A stretch of 64,000 bases of DNA from Paraspadella gotoi (lineage: Eukaryota; Animalia; Chaetognatha), in assembly GCA_051294375.1 (NCBI GenBank), contig CM119265.1, positions 15,863,822 through 15,927,821 of the forward strand, read 5' to 3'. The position numbers and the translations under genes are program-made. The notes beneath the pieces were generated by a model that saw only the letters and a list, made by a program, of their open reading frames with translations, did no database searches and had not been told where the DNA came from. Of this stretch, positions 51,687 to 64,000 are shown in pieces. Within the stretch, counting starts at the first letter, position 1. The number at the start of each line of letters is the position of its first letter.

Positions 51687-53317
51687 AAAAAAGAAAAAAA
51701 GAAAAAAAGAAAAAAAGAAAAAAAGAAAAAAAGAAAAAAAGAAAAAAAGAAAGAAAATAAAAGAAAGAGAGAACTCCGAAGACATTATTATGTTTACTTT
51801 TCGAAATAGCAAGTGAGTCGAAACCAGTCGCTCCCCCGCCTTCGAATTTGTAAACAAACTTTTTTTCTGCTTCTGACGCCTCGAGTGTCATCTTTGCTGA
51901 ATTCCTCGTCATCTTCATCGCTTGAGAAATGGGCGGCGACGTTTGCCAGAAAAAAAATAACCCAGATTGCTCGATAATAGTATATTACTATATAGTATAA
52001 TACAATAGTATAATATAATAGTATAATACTATGTACTATGTACTATCAACTTACAGAGCTGTAAGGGTTTTTCTCTCGCAACGTCCATCTTAAACTTTTC
52101 GAAATCCCTGAAATTATACGACAGGTTCATTAATCTGATATTTCTATTTCTTTTTCTGCTAAAACAAATTTAAAGGTCAGTATGCTCAGTACCAAAATAG
52201 CCGCGGCTTAAGTCGCCAAATATTATTTCCCCTGAGGCGTAAACGACTCGTTATCCCCAGGAAAGCGCCGACGAGAATTTTCTCAACTATTTTTAGAAAT
52301 TGATGAAAAAAAAAAAAAAAAAAACCGTGGGCTTTTAGAGATGGAAGTGATTTGGATTCTCGCGGCGAATCTTTTCGCCCACGAGGTTTGGGGATCCGGG
52401 TTTGGGGATCCGGGTTGGCATTTTTGAGGTTTGGGGATCCGGGTTGGCATTTTTGAGGTAACGACAAAGGTTTCCTGTCCGTGTCAAGATTGTGGATGAT
52501 TAGGAATTTAGGATAACTAATGCCACGAGAGTGATGAGTTGAAAAATAAATATCCTTATTGTTTCGATTACTATTAGCGCTCAAACTGGAGGTAGTTAAA
52601 CAGAAACTACTGTGACTACACTTAGACAATGAAAACGTTTTAGCCTAAATTCAAAGAGAAAAAAAACTAAAAAAAAGATTAAAAAAAGATTTTAATCCGT
52701 TTTCTTTTCGGATTAAAACGGATTAAAATATTTTTTAGTTTCTTTTCTTTGAATTTATCGTCGTCTTAGTCGTAAAAATGACTTAATCTGGAGGAACGGC
52801 GAAAATTTGGGGCCAAGAATACGAAAAAGACAAAAAAAAAAAAAAAAAAGGGGGAAAAAAATCTTTTTTAGAAAATATGAAAACGAAAACAGAGAGAAAA
52901 GGAGTAAAAATTCTCTCCCGAAAAAAAAAATTCCATTATTCAAAAATTTTCAGAGACAGAAAACCCGTTTTCTGCCCGGATGGTTGGATGAGTGAGTTCC
53001 AGAGCGAACGTGTGAGCGTGCGACGTTGAGTGTACGAGTATGTGAGCGTGCAACGAAGGTTTGTTATTGTTTGGATGAAATTGAGACGAAAACGATCGCC
53101 GGTTTTAGGGAACTACTCGTTGAACGAGAACTGAGAAAGGACGTGGAGAATGAGAGAGAGAATTGGGAGAGAGAGAAAGAAAGGATCAGGCAAAAAACAA
53201 GTATGAAGGATTTGAACTTTGAAGGCAGAGAGAAAGGGAGAGGGAATACTTATGATTAAGTTGAAGAATATGAAATTTAGAAGAAGATAGATTCACGACG
53301 ATGAAAGATCGTTTGAT

Positions 53318-53393
<76 letters not shown>

Positions 53394-53493
53394 GAGAGAG
53401 AGAGAGAAGAAAGGATATTAATACCTCACCGGAGACGGAAGTGATGCCTCCGTATGTTGTGACATGTTTTGCCGGATGTGACAGGCTCGCCGC
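49314..53493 (-). CDS. Tentative multi-exon gene of unknown product (candidate exons 53493-53430, 50301-50229, 49767-49684, 49370-49314)
   Basis: GC-rich islands with minus-strand AG acceptors and gtgag/gtagg/gtaac donors, phase-compatible and stop-free; no recognisable domain. Confidence 0.35.
51615..51765. repeat. (GAAA)n followed by (GAAAAAAA)n simple repeats
   Basis: Direct reading. Confidence 0.93.
52385..52459. repeat. Short tandem repeat, 29-bp unit GGTTTGGGGATCCGGGTTGGCATTTTTGA x2 plus a partial copy
   Basis: Direct reading; three ggggatccggg cores. Confidence 0.85.
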
Positions 53494-53508
53494 CTACAAA
53501 TCGTCATC

Positions 53509-53543
<35 letters not shown>

Positions 53544-54716
53544 GTTTTCTTTGAAGTTAAGAACGTAAGTTGTGTCGCGAAGCTCCGCTTGGAAATTTCA
53601 CTCGTCATTGTCGTCGGCGTCGTCGTCGTCGTCGTCCCGTGTTGGGACCTCATTTCATTAGCTGCCATCTTCTTGCTCACAATCTTTCTGTTATTTCTTC
53701 ATCCTCCCATCCCGGCGTCTCTGGAGAATTTCCTTTATTTCTGTTCGATGTCGTCGTCGTCGTCGTCGTCGTCGTCCACTCAATGGGGAGACTCTTATTT
53801 TTATATCTTTTTCCCCACCCATCCCTGGCGGCTTTTTTATTTTAATCGCTGCTGGCGAAACAATTTTCTTAATCTTTCTCGATTTTATCTCTCTCTCTCT
53901 CTCTGCTGTCCATTTGCTCTCGTCTCTCTCTCTCCTCTCTCTCTATCTCTCTTTCCTCTTCGCATCATCGTCTCTCTCTCTCTCCCTAAGTTTCTTTATC
54001 TCTTTGTCTTTTTTCCCCTTTTTTCTTTTCTTTTTCTCTTATTTTTTTTCTTTACTTAAATCTTAATATAATTTTCCCTTTTTAAAAGTCGTATTTCTTT
54101 CGACTAGTTTCTCACTCTACTATATGAGCAAAATATAATCTTTTGAAATATGAACCATATTTATAAATTAGTTATATACGACGCCAGGGCGACTGTGACT
54201 GTCGCGCCACATCGACTCAATTTTTTTAAAAAATTTTAAAAAATTTTTTCTTCCTTGGTAATTTTTTTTTCGATGAGGATCAAAAAATGTTTTTAAAATT
54301 TGACGGTCGATCTCATGAGACTCAAGAGAAAATTTTAAATTAACTAATATTTGAATATCTCGTCGTTCGATTTTCCATCCTCGTTTATTGGTTTAATAGT
54401 TTCATGGTTATCGGATTCTAAACCCGAAATCGGGCAGTAATAATATTTTCTCGCCGCGGTGCCATTGGCGGCCAATTCCGACCATCGGTGCCAACGCCGT
54501 CAACGATGCCATCTCCGGCGCCGACGCCATCTACGACGCCATCTCCGGCGCCGTCGGGATTTTTCGGGGAAGAAAAACCGGAGGACGCGGTGGCGGAGGC
54601 GACGGTTTCTTCGTCGGCGTCGGACGGCATCGCCGTCCAAGGTCGAGAAAGAAAACTCGGTTAATTAGTCTCTCTCTCTCTCTCTCTCTCCTCTCTCTCC
54701 TCTCTCTCTCTGCTCT

Positions 54717-54758
<42 letters not shown>

Positions 54759-56194
54759 ATCGCGCCGATTGGGAAGGGAGGAGAAACGGGGACTGGATCA
54801 TTGTAGTGAGAGGAAACATTGGCGGCCGTCAATGATTGGCCGAGGAAAATTTCTTGCAAGACTGCAAGCTTCCCAGTTTACCAATTTAAAAGGTCCAAAA
54901 AACAAAAAAAAGATTGTTACTATAATCGCAACATTACTACGTAAAGGCAAATAATGAGTCAATCGTGAGTCAAGATAATAGAAAGAAAGAAAAGGTGAGG
55001 AAAGGTTTGCAGCGGCGTCAAGATTTAAGAGAACCCAGCGAATGACGACTGGAAAACTGACTTTTAAAAATCGTGTTCGTCGTTAAGAGGAAAGGAGGAA
55101 AGTTGGAAGGAGAAGAAGAGTACTAGTAAGTTAATTGATGCGGGGAAGGAAGAAAAGATGAGAGATGACAACGATGACGCATCGGAACGGTAGTGACAAA
55201 GGTTTCGGTGGAGACGGAAATGACAAAAGTGGACGATCACGATTTTTACTCGCGTTTATTATAAAATTGGTACGACCAATATAAAAATTATCCATTCATT
55301 TAATAAATAAGCTATCTTGCCCCGGACTTTGGACGGGCTTTGGTGGTTTAAGGCCTCCATCACTCTTACAAGATAGTGACATAGCAGGTCCCTTCGAGCT
55401 TTCAATCAAGATTCTCTCACAGTCTTCTTATGTTCTTCTCGGTCGATTCTTGTTCTTGATTTGCGCGCGACGACCTTGTTTGAACGCGTGCGATCGCGAG
55501 ACGTTTACGTGTTCGGTTCGATTTATCAATAATAGTATCATTTTACTATGTGAGTTAATTAATGAAATCGAATCGGAAAGAACCAGACTACTACAAAGAA
55601 TTTGCGCTTGGAATATTGAAAAATCTTATTTAGTTGATTTCAGTTGAAATTTTAGTCTTCTATAATTTTAGTGTATCGAAAAGACAAGCATAGACGGACC
55701 ATAAGAAGGTCCATAAAAAAGAAAAAAAAAGACTGTTAAAAGAGGGTCAGCAAAAAACTCCCAACTTTTTTTTTCATCCGCAATCATATTTCTCCTGGCT
55801 CAGCTCCTCTCGTCTTGTCAAGGCACCCGAGTCGAGGGCTCAGTGTCAAGCGAGTCGCGCTTTCTGTCGCCGCGGAATAACTTTGTCCGCTGCAGCCGCT
55901 GGCACCGCTGCTGACGCTGCGGGAGTAAAATCTGCCTCGGGAATTTCCTTTGGCGTCGTCGTCATCCCTAACTCGGATGTTAATATTTGTCTCAGACGCG
56001 ATTTCTTTGGTATATTGCCTCGTAACGTTTGAGAATATTTTCTTTAGTCGATTAACATTTAAAGACGACGATGCTTAGCGGTCATTTTTTTTTTGGGGGG
56101 GGGAGTATTTTAATCTCTTGAATCTCTAAAACGCGAATGCTTTTGCAAAGATACCATCGATGTTGCCTTTCTCTCCAAGTCGATGTCAAATAAA

Positions 56195-56621
56195 TCAAGA
56201 AAATTTGTCTGGGACTTCAATTAATCCTCTTACCTGCACTAAATAGTTTGGCGTAATAATAACCGTGTCAACTACTTCATAATCTATTGTGTTCCGTGGT
56301 CGACGGCGCCATCTGAGCCAACTAGTGGAAAGGCGCCAATCCCTCTCGCTCAATTTGCCAAGGTCTCGTCTCTCTGGGTTTCGAAGTTGACCCCGGGGTC
56401 GAAGAGGAGTCCAATCAGGCGCCAGAAAGTCGGCCATTCATTATTCCTTGGTCGCCTGGCCAATTCGGAGGCACAAGTAATGTGCCTTGAGCTTTGCCTG
56501 TCTTTGAATTTGTATGAAGATGAAATGTTATAAGAAGCGATAGGTGAATTTTTATAACATGAGTCTGGATCAATAACCAGATTTCAGCGAACAAAATAAT
56601 CTGCGCTGTCTGTCTCGACAT
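56195..56621 (-). mobile_element. Possible degenerate DIRS/Ngaro-type retroelement fragment (region downstream of RNase H)
   Basis: Frameshifted ORFs give ...HL...KAQGTLLVPPNWP...FLAPD, resembling the KAxGTLIVPxWPSxxFWPLLxPDG segment of tyrosine-recombinase retroelement pol proteins; short and weak. Confidence 0.3.
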
Positions 56622-56887
56622 TGATTTACTTTATCTCTGTCTCTGTCTCTGTCTCTTTCTCTCTCTCTCTTCTCTCTCTCTCTCTCTCTCTCTCTTCTCC
56701 TCCTCTTCCTTTTCGCGTCTAAGATAATCTGACTGGGATTGCGACGATAACGACGAAAAAGATATTCATCTTTTTTTGATTTCTTGCGCACCAACTTCAT
56801 TAATCAGAACGCCATAGATCAAGAATAAATTTATCATCAATTTTTCAGTTGGACAGAGCGCTCTCTTCCTCTCTCTCTCTCTCTCTC

Positions 56888-56928
<41 letters not shown>

Positions 56929-58043
56929 ACACGCCTATACACCCAGGCTTCACACTTTTTTTCCGGCCTTGCGTTGTCCACAAGTCTGACTTCCGCGGTG
57001 ACGTCTCGAGAAAGTGGAAAATAAATCGAGTTTCACTCGAGTCGAGATCCATTAGTTATCTTTTCGGAAATAGAAGCTTTTGAGAGAATTCACGTCTCTC
57101 TTAAGAATGTCATCGCTTTTGTGAACATGGGAATTGAGAGCGACGGAATTTTTCGGAGAAACTCACTTTTCGTTCAATCATCTGGTTAATAATTTTATTT
57201 TAACTTAGTGACGATCGTCGTAAGCGATTGTTAACCTTTAAATATGAATTAAGAGTGATGATGACCTCCTGTTTGGCCTACATTATGAGGGCAATAAATA
57301 ATTTTTGTCGCTTTAGGATAGTTAAAAACTTAAAATACAATTAAATTCACTGAGCCTAAGATTTCAATTTCATAACATAATATCCGTAATGGCATAAAAT
57401 CCAAAACCAAAGGTGGAGCGAAGGTGTCGCCATCGTCGTCTTCGACATCGTCGCCGTCGTAAAAAAAAACTGGACCCAAAGGTCAAGCGATTAAGTGGAG
57501 TTTCGAAGGGCGGGAGGGGGGCGTGGCGAACGGCCTTGACGAATGGCGAAAAAAGTGCGGAGGCGAAAAGGCGTTTCAAGGGTCGAGTTGAGAGGAAAAG
57601 GGTTTCGGTAAATCGTTTGAAGACGAATCCTCCGATTCTCTATCTAGACACTTTCGGGTTCTTTGCATTCGGATCGAAAGTGAAAAGAGTTCTTTGATCC
57701 CGTCCGGTCTGTCGGTCTTTAAATCGGTCGGTTTCGTCGGTTGAGTCGGTTGAGTCCATTTAATCCTTCTTGCTTGATTTAAATTTTCAAGAAAGAACTA
57801 TAAGAATCTCTTTAATTCGTAGAAATATCATAGTGCTTTAAATGGGTAATTTTCAAAAGGAAAATTAGTCATCATGAATGCATATTTCTGCCAGTTTAAG
57901 ATCATGTTTAAGGGCAAAATACAATTGACGGCCTTCGCCATTACTAGTCCTCTCTCTCTCTCTCAAGCTCTCTCTCTCTCTCTATCTTNNNNNNNNNNNN
58001 NNNNNNNNNNNNNAGATGAGAGATTTCACCATCGAAGACAGAG

Positions 58044-58431
58044 CGACGACCTGACGACGACGACGACGACGACACGACGACGACACACAACGCGGGCGAA
58101 TTCGCCCGCGGAAAGCCTTTATCCGCATGATTCCTAATAATTTTAAAAAATTAAACTCAAATAAAATAACTTTCGTTAGAATTATTTTGTGCGTGTTTCA
58201 TATTGCCAAAAGTTTTTTTCTTCTCTTTTTTTGTGTAAAGCGAACCACGCCTCCCAGCTAAAGTTGGTGGCTTCTGGTGGTGAACCTATTTAGGGCAGTC
58301 AAAGTAAAAAGCGTTCAAGGTAAACTAAAAGATCATTTGCATTGACAACAGGGGGATCGGGGGGAAATGAGGTTTTAATTGAGTGGGTGAAGAAAGAAAG
58401 AAAGAAAAAAAAGAAAGAAAAGAAAGAAAAA

Positions 58432-58463
<32 letters not shown>

Positions 58464-59136
58464 AAAAAGAAAGAAAGAAAAGAAGAAAGAAAGAAAGAAG
58501 AAGAAAGAAGAAAGAAAAACTAGTAAAGAGAAGCAGTAAAAAATCGAAAGAAAAACACTGAGAAATTTGACAGTTTCTTTTTTTTGTTCCTCAAAATTCC
58601 CGCCATTGTTTTTTATTAACTTCGTTCGTCTGACTTCGTTGCCATCCTTGTAAACCAAAACCAGCCTACACAAACAAAGAATATGTCTAAATCTTATAAA
58701 TGTTTATTGCCACTAAACTTTTTTCTCCCGCGGTGACAAAACTGCAAGCACGAATAACCAACAAATCCCAAGTATCTTTTGAGTCCCCTCCCCCCTTGCG
58801 CGCCCTTCCTCGGCAGAGACTCGATAGAGAGGGAACCAAATATCTTGACTCGAGAGGGCGAGCAGTGTGGGAGGCGAATCACTGGGCATTGGCCTCATGG
58901 TACGGAACGTGGTCAATCGCTCGAAACGCTTATTCCTCTTTAGAACCAGTATATTTCTATTTCTATGGAGGCTCATTACAACAAATTGTATCCCTTTTTA
59001 AAATTAATTCACGCTAAAATGTCTTTGCGTTAGTCGACTCGTTTCGGTTACTTCGTTCTTCCTTCGTTTGCAGAATTCAGTTGCCTCATTGCACTCCATT
59101 GGCGTCGTAACTTAGTGAGGTGCGGATCGAAAGGAC

Positions 59137-59200
<64 letters not shown>

Positions 59201-59209
59201 GAGAGAGAG

Positions 59210-59293
<84 letters not shown>

Positions 59294-60330
59294 ACAGAGA
59301 GAAGAGAGAGAGAGAAGAGAGAAGAGAGAGAAGAGAGAGAGAGAGACAAAGAGGTCGCGGGGGCGATGTTACATACTGCGGTGCCCGTTGGAAACGAGAA
59401 CCCGCGCGCTACGCATCGCCTAAACAGCGAATTCGCTTCTTTCTCCGTTCCTTTGTAATTCTTTCGCTCCTCTTTTTCGTGTTCGTGTTTGCTCTCAGTT
59501 GTCATGCTCTCCCCCGTTTCTGCTTCCATGCTTTCCTCTCTTCCTGTTGCCGGGTAGTTACCATGTCCTTCCCTAGTATCTCTTGGTCTTTCCTAGCTTC
59601 TCTCTTCTTCCTATTTTTTCTGTATATCTTCTCTCAGCTCTTACCCTTTCCTTTGCTTCGGCCTTTGCTCTAGAATTTTTTCCTCCTTCTCTCTTCCTCT
59701 TTCTTCCGTCCTTCGTTTTTGTCCCCGACATTTTCTATCCGCGTTATTTTTAGAAACTTGGCTATTATCCTGGTTTTTTTTTTTTAAAACCCATTTATGC
59801 TTTATTTTTTGGTATTTTTAGAACTTGTCCTCCGTCAACAGACACGAATTGCCTTGTCGTTATTATATACCTTCTCTCCCTACGGAGTTTCTTTAGTTTA
59901 GCGACTCTGATCTCGCTTCGTCGTCAGAGTAGTTGCTCCTTGTGTGCGGTGTGTTTCCTGCAAAACAAAAACTTCCCTCGTTTGCGCGAACCAAAATGTA
60001 CGTCGTCGGGTGCGCAGATAATTCCCGTTGCGACTGCACGCTGGTCTTCGGAGGAAACTTTTCCTTTGTTTACCCAAGTTTGTATTTATCAAACGATCGA
60101 TTCTGAAAGCGAGAGACACCTTCCGGCAACGTGGGTACGAAGGCCATCGGCGACGTTAACTCATCTTTATATATATTGTCCAGCCTTTTCTATCGGTGAC
60201 GCTTAATTCAATGAGATATTTACCCGTCCGTCGTCGTCCTTTCGTCGGTCGTCGTCGAATGTTGCATTGAAGTTCGTCTACATCAACATTTAACGCAAAG
60301 ATCGTCGTCTTAATTGTCGTCCGTCGTGTT
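58044..60330 (+). repeat. Left arm of ~2.2 kb inverted duplication
   Basis: ORF 58299..58673- mirrors 62096..62443+; arms otherwise differ by small indels. Confidence 0.92.
59136..59346. repeat. Long imperfect (GA)n microsatellite
   Basis: Direct reading. Confidence 0.95.
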
Positions 60331-60400
60331 GTCGTTGTCGACGGAAATTCCGAATGAGAACCGTCCTTGTTCGATCCGACCGAGATGAGAGAAGAAGAGA

Positions 60401-60434
<34 letters not shown>

Positions 60435-60521
60435 AGAGAGAGAGAGAAGAGAGAGAGAAAGAGAGAGAGAGAGAAAGAAAGAAGAAAGAAGAAAGAAAGA
60501 AAGAGAAAGAAAAGAGAGAAA

Positions 60522-60555
<34 letters not shown>

Positions 60556-60569
60556 AAAAAGAAAGAAAG

Positions 60570-62305
60570 AACGACGACGACGACAATAAGGACGACGATC
60601 TTCGCGATAAATGTGATGTAGACGAAACTTCAATCAACATCGACGACGACGACGAAAGACGACGACGGACGAAAATATCTCATTGAATTAAGGTCACCGA
60701 TGAAGAAAAAGCTGGACATATATATAAAGATTGCAGTTAACGTCGCCGAGTGGCCTTCGTACCCACGTTTAGCCGGAAGGTGTCTCTCGCTTTCAGAATC
60801 GATCGTTTGAAAATACAAACTTGGGTAAACAAAAGGACAAAGTTTCCTCCGAGACCGCGGGAGTCGCAACGGAAGATCGCGAGACGACGACATTTGGTTG
60901 GAAACGAGGGAAGTTTTTGTTTTGAGGAAAAAGAAAAGGAGAAACTACTGACGACGAGCGAGCATCAGAGTCGCGAAACTAAACGAAACTCCGTAGGGAG
61001 AAAGGTAATAATAACGACAAGGCAATTCGTGTCTGTCTGACGGAGGACAAGTCTAAAAATAACCAAAAAATAAAGCATAAACTGGTTTTAAAAAAAAAAA
61101 CCAGGAATAATAGGCAAGTCTAAAAATAACCGCGGATAGAAAATGTCGGGACAAAAACGAAGGACGACAGAAAGAGGAAGAGAGAAGGAGGAAAAAATTC
61201 TAGAGCAAAGGCCGAAGCAAAGGAAAGGGGAAAGGAGCTGAGAAGATATTACAGAAAAAATAGGGAAGAAAGAGAGAAGCTAGGAAAGAACCAAGAGATA
61301 CTAGGGAAGGACATGGTAACTACGGCAACAGGAAGAGAGGAAAGCATGGAAGCAGAAACGGGGAGAGCATGACAACTGAAGCAGAACACGACACGAAAAG
61401 AGGAGCGAAGAATTACAAAGGAACGGAGAAAGAAGCGAATCGCTGTGTAGGCGTGNNNNNNNNNNNNNNNNNNNNNNNNNNNNNNNNNNNNNNNNNNNNN
61501 NNNNNNNNNNNNNNNNNNNNNNNNNNNNNNNNNNNNNNNNNNNNNNNNNNNNNNNNNNNNNNNNNNNNNNNNNNNNNNNNNNNNNNNNNNNNNNNNNNNN
61601 NNNNNNNNNNNNNNNNNNNNNNNNNNNNNNNNNNNTCGGTCCTTTCATCCGCACCTCACTAAGTTACCGACGCCAATGGATGCAATGAGGCCAACTGATT
61701 CTGCAAAACGAAGGAAGAACGAAGTAACCGAAACGAGTCGACGAACGACAAAGACATTTTAGGTCGAATTAATTTTAAAAAGGGATACAATTGTGATAAT
61801 GAAGCCTCCATAGAAAATAGAAATATACTGGTTCTAAAGAGAATAGCTTTCGAGACGATTGACCACTATCCCCGTACCATGAGGGCCAACTGCCCAGTGA
61901 TCGCCTCCCACACTGCTCGCCTCTCTCGATCCAAGATATTTGGTTCCCTCTCTATCGAGTCTCTGCCGAGGAAGGGCGCGCAAGGGGGGAGGGGACTCAA
62001 AAGATACTTGGGATTGTTGGTTATTCGTCTTGCAGTTTTGTCACCGCGAAAAAGTAGTGCAATAAACATTTATAAGTATTTAGACTATTCTTTGTTTGTG
62101 TAGGCTGGTTTTGGTTTACAAGGATGGCAACGAAGTCAGACGAACGAAGTTAATAAAAAACAATGGCGGGAATTTTGAGGAACAAAAAAAAGAAACTGTC
62201 AAATTTCTCAGTGTTTTTCTTTCGATTTTTTACTGCTTCTCTTTACTAGTTTTTCTTTCTTCTTTCTTCTTCTTTCTTTCTTTCTTCTTTTCTTTCTTTC
62301 TTTTT

Positions 62306-62337
<32 letters not shown>

Positions 62338-62680
62338 TTTTTCTTTCTTTTCTTTCTTTTTTTTCTTTCTTTCTTTCTTCACCCACCTCAATAAACCTCA
62401 TCCCCCCATCCCCCTGTTTGTCAATGCAAATGATCTAGTTTAACCTTGAAACCGCTTTTTACTTGACTGCCTAAAATAGGTCGACACCAGAGCCACCAAC
62501 TTTAGCCTGGGAGGCGGGTTCGTTTACACAAAAAAGAGAAGAAAAAAAACTCTTTTGGCAAATGAAACACGCACAAAACTAAATTCTAACGAAAGTATTT
62601 TTATTTTGAGTTTAATTTTTTAAAATTATTAGGAATCCATGCGGAAAGGACTTCTCGCGGGCGAAATCTCCGCCCGCGTT

Positions 62681-62719
<39 letters not shown>

Positions 62720-62720
62720 T
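60570..62720 (-). repeat. Right arm of ~2.2 kb inverted duplication
   Basis: Reverse complement of 58044-60330; the N gap at 61456-61635 stands where the (GA)n tract of the left arm would fall. Confidence 0.92.
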
Positions 62721-64000
62721 TCGCCGAGGTACCGACGGGACTGATTTGAATGTTCGCCCACGACAGCGACGTTAATGCTGATGTTAAGAAGGATATCATC
62801 TGCATTCAGACGAGAGCCAGCATGTGCTACTCTATCTCTATCTTTCTTTCTTCCTCCCTCAGTCTCTCTCTCGCCCCCTGCCGCCCAGAGTACGATTCTC
62901 GCCCCGGGATGGCGGAGTTCATTAACGGTTTTCCTTTTTCCTTTTTTTTTTTTATTGCAGAGAAAAGAAAAACGATTTTCCTATTCGATCCAAAGAAAAG
63001 ACGACGATTTTATGAAAGAAAATTATTGATAAATTGAAAGCGAAAATAAAACAGAAATAAAATCGCGCAAAAAAAAAAAAACCGAGTTGGAAATAGACTT
63101 CATTGTCATCGTCGTCGTTATCGACTTTATCGTTTGACATTCGTTTCTTCGTCATCGTCGTCGTCGTCGTCGTCGTCGACGGCGGCGATGCGTCCCGGCG
63201 TCGAACGAGGTCGCGACGACCTTCGGCGGCGTCGTCGTCGTCAGACTCGCTCACGAAGATTAGCCACGCCCACCGAGGCGAAGACGCAAACTCATTCTTC
63301 GGATATCGACTTGGGCGACGCCGCCGAGTCAAACGACACGACGTTTCGCGCGGTGACGGTGACGTCTCATCGCGACGACGCTTCGCCGAAATTAACGCCG
63401 CTTCTTTTAACGACGAAACCGGAAGTGACGCCGAGAACGCCGTTGAAATCGACGACCGCAATGGCGTCCGTAATTAGCGACGCCTTCCAAATGCAAAAGA
63501 CGTTCGGCGTTAACGCGTCCTCTTCCTCCATTTTTTTGCCCAAAGTCACTTCGACTCTCAAACGTCTTTTTCCTTCCTTCCTTTTCTCTCGTTCCTTCCT
63601 TTCCCTACTTTCCTCCATTTATTTCCCTTCCTCCCTTTTCTCCTTTCCTTCCTCTTTTTCCCCCCCAGTCTCCTCTCCTGCCAGTCTTCCAACAACGAAG
63701 CTCCTTTCTCCGCCGGATCTTGGCCAGGACAACCGCAACACTTCTTTGTCGTNNNNNNNNNNGTCGTCATCGTCGACGTCTCAATTCGATATCGGTCGAT
63801 CAAAAGATCCAAAGAGACACCGCTCAATCACAAAACTGTCATCCGCCAGTGAGACTTGCTCAGCTGCTAATTCTTTGTCGTTTTCGTCGTCGTCATCGTG
63901 AAGAGAGGAGAGAAGAGAACAGACGCCAAACATGCGCTATTGTGCAGATCGTTAGCATAGAGTTGGGAGAGAAGGAGAAGCGGCGCGACAAGGGGCGGAG

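Noticed and set aside
1-64000. rRNA, tRNA, snRNA genes and prokaryotic operons or terminators
   Set aside because: No recognisable conserved RNA motifs or gene-dense intronless regions seen; a covariance-model search was not possible.

Overview
Eukaryotic (probably non-vertebrate animal) draft-assembly DNA rich in (GA/CT)n, (CTTT)n, (GAA)n and (GAC/GTC)n microsatellites, with many N gaps, seven of them exactly 25 N. Almost all ORFs in the supplied track are microsatellite or gap artefacts. The one well-supported gene is the 3' part of a + strand spectraplakin-family (Shot/MACF1/dystonin) gene at about 494-7117, reconstructed exon by exon. It encodes plakin-domain repeats SR4 and SR5 with the inserted SH3 domain, a Glu/Arg/Lys-rich (ERLEK/R)n helix, two EF-hands, a GAS2/GAR domain and a probable Ser/Arg-rich tail. 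Two things about it are unusual. The rest of the plakin domain and the whole spectrin-repeat rod appear to be replaced by one short charged-helix exon, and 3 of 13 identifiable splice donors are GC rather than GT. The region from 17.5 to 45.2 kb consists of repeated copies of one ~8.5 kb unit, including a ~7.5 kb near base-identical inverted duplication. A second ~2.2 kb inverted duplication lies at 58-62.7 kb. Both carry hallmarks of long-read gap-filling artefacts. The remainder holds degenerate transposon relics and tentative orphan exons. No rRNA, tRNA or CRISPR array was seen. All homology statements come from comparison by eye with remembered family motifs, not from database searches.
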